Origin: Ylistrum balloti
Lineage: Eukaryota
DNA length: 64,000 bases
Assembly: GCF_031769215.1 (NCBI RefSeq)
Contig: NW_026781915.1
Span: forward strand, 3,472,001-3,536,000
Direction: 5' to 3'
In this document: one piece after another, positions 62,236 to 64,000 of the stretch
Numbering within the stretch: the first letter of the stretch is position 1
Layout of the letters: every line of letters starts with the position of its first letter
Position numbers and translations under genes: made by a program
Notes under the pieces: generated by a model
The model's database searches: none
What the model was told of the DNA's origin: nothing
What the model saw: only the letters and a program-made list of their open reading frames with translations

Positions 62236-63179
62236 TTACTGCCTCTCATTCTAAAACATAAATAAAATAGTAACTCGTATCACTAGAACACTTAAGTGAT
62301 AATACACAAGTGGGTTCATACACATTTAATGGCTATGACCATGTTTTGAACGAAGTATAGCTGAATCAGCTTTTTTTTTGGGTTAGTACTTTCTTAACAC
62401 CTAAAAACATACTTAAGGAAAAACACTTATTCAACCTGCATTTGCTGTAATCTTATCAATATTTTGACACACTATTTTTCATCTTAGTGTATATAAGATT
62501 TAAGAAAAGCTGAAAATAAATTCATCATTATCTCACACAGTGTATATTAAAGTGCTAATATGGTTCCCAATAATCATTCATCTAAAGAAGGTCAAAGTGT
62601 AGTCATCAAATTGTCACACATAAATTTCTTACTGGTTGTGATATACTTTGTTTTTATGGCATAAAAACTGCCATTATATTAATACATAAAAGAATGTTTC
62701 ACACCAGTTATCAATAATACAATTACAATACACCATAACACAATTAAGAGTATACAATACTATCTCTCATCCTCAATTACAAACCTGTAGTGATGCATTA
62801 CTTATTAATTCCATTATGGAGTAATGATTTTTAAATCCAAATGATGAAACCAGAATCACCAACAAATTTAGACAACCTATCTATATTGAAGCTGTATCGT
62901 GTATATACACAGATACTGTACACAGTAGATTTACATGTGATTCAATATGGTGTCCTCCAATTATCTTTCTCTATGAAGGCTGCTTTACTTAAGTATGGTC
63001 ACAGCCGTCAGAATATGTGCCACATATCATGAGCTTGACCTGAATAATCATGTAATGTCAATGATCTCTGGGACATGTACACACCAGGCTTGGAAATTTG
63101 TACATCATAACCTTGTGACTTGATAAATCATAGGAAAGTCTTCAAGCTTTCAATTACAGCTTACAAACTCATTGTGTAT

Positions 63180-64000
63180 CTAATAGTTCCCACTAACACA
63201 CCTTGCTTACTAGTTCACACTTACACACACCAAGCCTGCTAGTTCGCACTAACACACCAAGTTTACTAGTTCACACTAACACAAACTTTGCCTATTAGTT
63301 CACACTAACATAAATCAACAGATAATAGGTAGTACACATTAACACACCCTAGTCTACTAGTCCACACCCAACACACCCCCAAGCCTACTGTTCATACCAA
63401 GACATCTCAAGCCTGCTAGTTCATACCAACACAACCCTAGCCTACTAGTTTATATCAACACACCCTGAGTCCACTGGTTCATACCAAACACCCCTCACCT
63501 ACTAGTTCATACTGAACACCCTTTGCCTACTAGTTCATATCAACACACTCCAAGCCTGCTAGTTCATACCAACACATCCTTAGCCTACTAGTTCACATCC
63601 TCAGTATTCCAGGGGACAAGCTTAACATTGTTCTCTGCATACGTGGAATGTTTCATGGCTAAATTGAAGGTTCCCTGTGCCACATCTACTGGATAAGACA
63701 AGAAGACTAGTTTAATACTTTGATGTACAAATCTTGAGGTTGTATAACAGTAAAATGTCCTGAGTATCTACTAGTTCTCTGTACCACACCCAGAACATGT
63801 TATCTAACAAACCCCTAGCTTACTAGTTCATACCAACACACCTGAACCCAATGAGTTCATACCAACACACCTGAAGCCTACTAGTTCATACCAACACACC
63901 TGAAGCCTACTAGTTCATACCAACACACCTGAAACCTACTAGCTCATACCAACACACCTGAAGCCTACTAGTTTATACCAACACACCTGAAACCTACTAG
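63180..64000. repeat. 29-31-bp minisatellite, interrupted at about 63600-63800, running off the window end
   Basis: Unit cctactagttcataccaacacacctgaag. The distal copies are homogeneous and the proximal copies degenerate. Confidence 0.92.

Noticed and set aside
1-64000. CALR, CIRBP-like and CTR as a functional stress-response cluster or novel system
   Set aside because: The families are unrelated, spaced by tens of kb and have separate promoters. Nothing in the sequence supports co-regulation, and conserved microsynteny across distant taxa would be needed.

Overview
AT-rich, intron-containing animal genomic DNA. The dispersed repeat types suggest a bivalve mollusc, but this is inference. Four protein-coding genes can be assembled by hand with consistent GT-AG splice phases. 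(1) Calreticulin on +, 9 exons, 411 aa, ending in HDEL. (2) An intronless RRM plus Gly/Arg/Tyr-rich RNA-binding protein of the CIRBP/RBM3/GRP type on -. (3) A Disabled (Dab) PTB-domain adaptor on -, 10 coding exons, about 908 aa, with several upstream 5' exons. (4) A CTR/SLC31 copper transporter on -, 4 coding exons, with its 5' end probably beyond the window. Non-coding DNA holds an internally deleted IS630/Tc1/mariner element with intact TIRs, a fossil DD34D mariner, several Helentron/HINE (pearl-like) elements, degraded tRNA-SINE heads and tandem arrays of 29, 34, 40, 59 and 61 bp. There is no prokaryotic operon, CRISPR array, rRNA or intact tRNA, and I found no new multi-gene system. The most interesting signals are at protein-motif and splicing level: a Dab terminal exon encoding a CagA-like EPIYA motif, YxxP motifs built across symmetric micro-exon junctions, and a CTR with a signal-peptide-like extension gated by an overlapping uORF, a very His-rich ectodomain and a PDZ-type tail. 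Gene models come from manual reading and have no transcript support.
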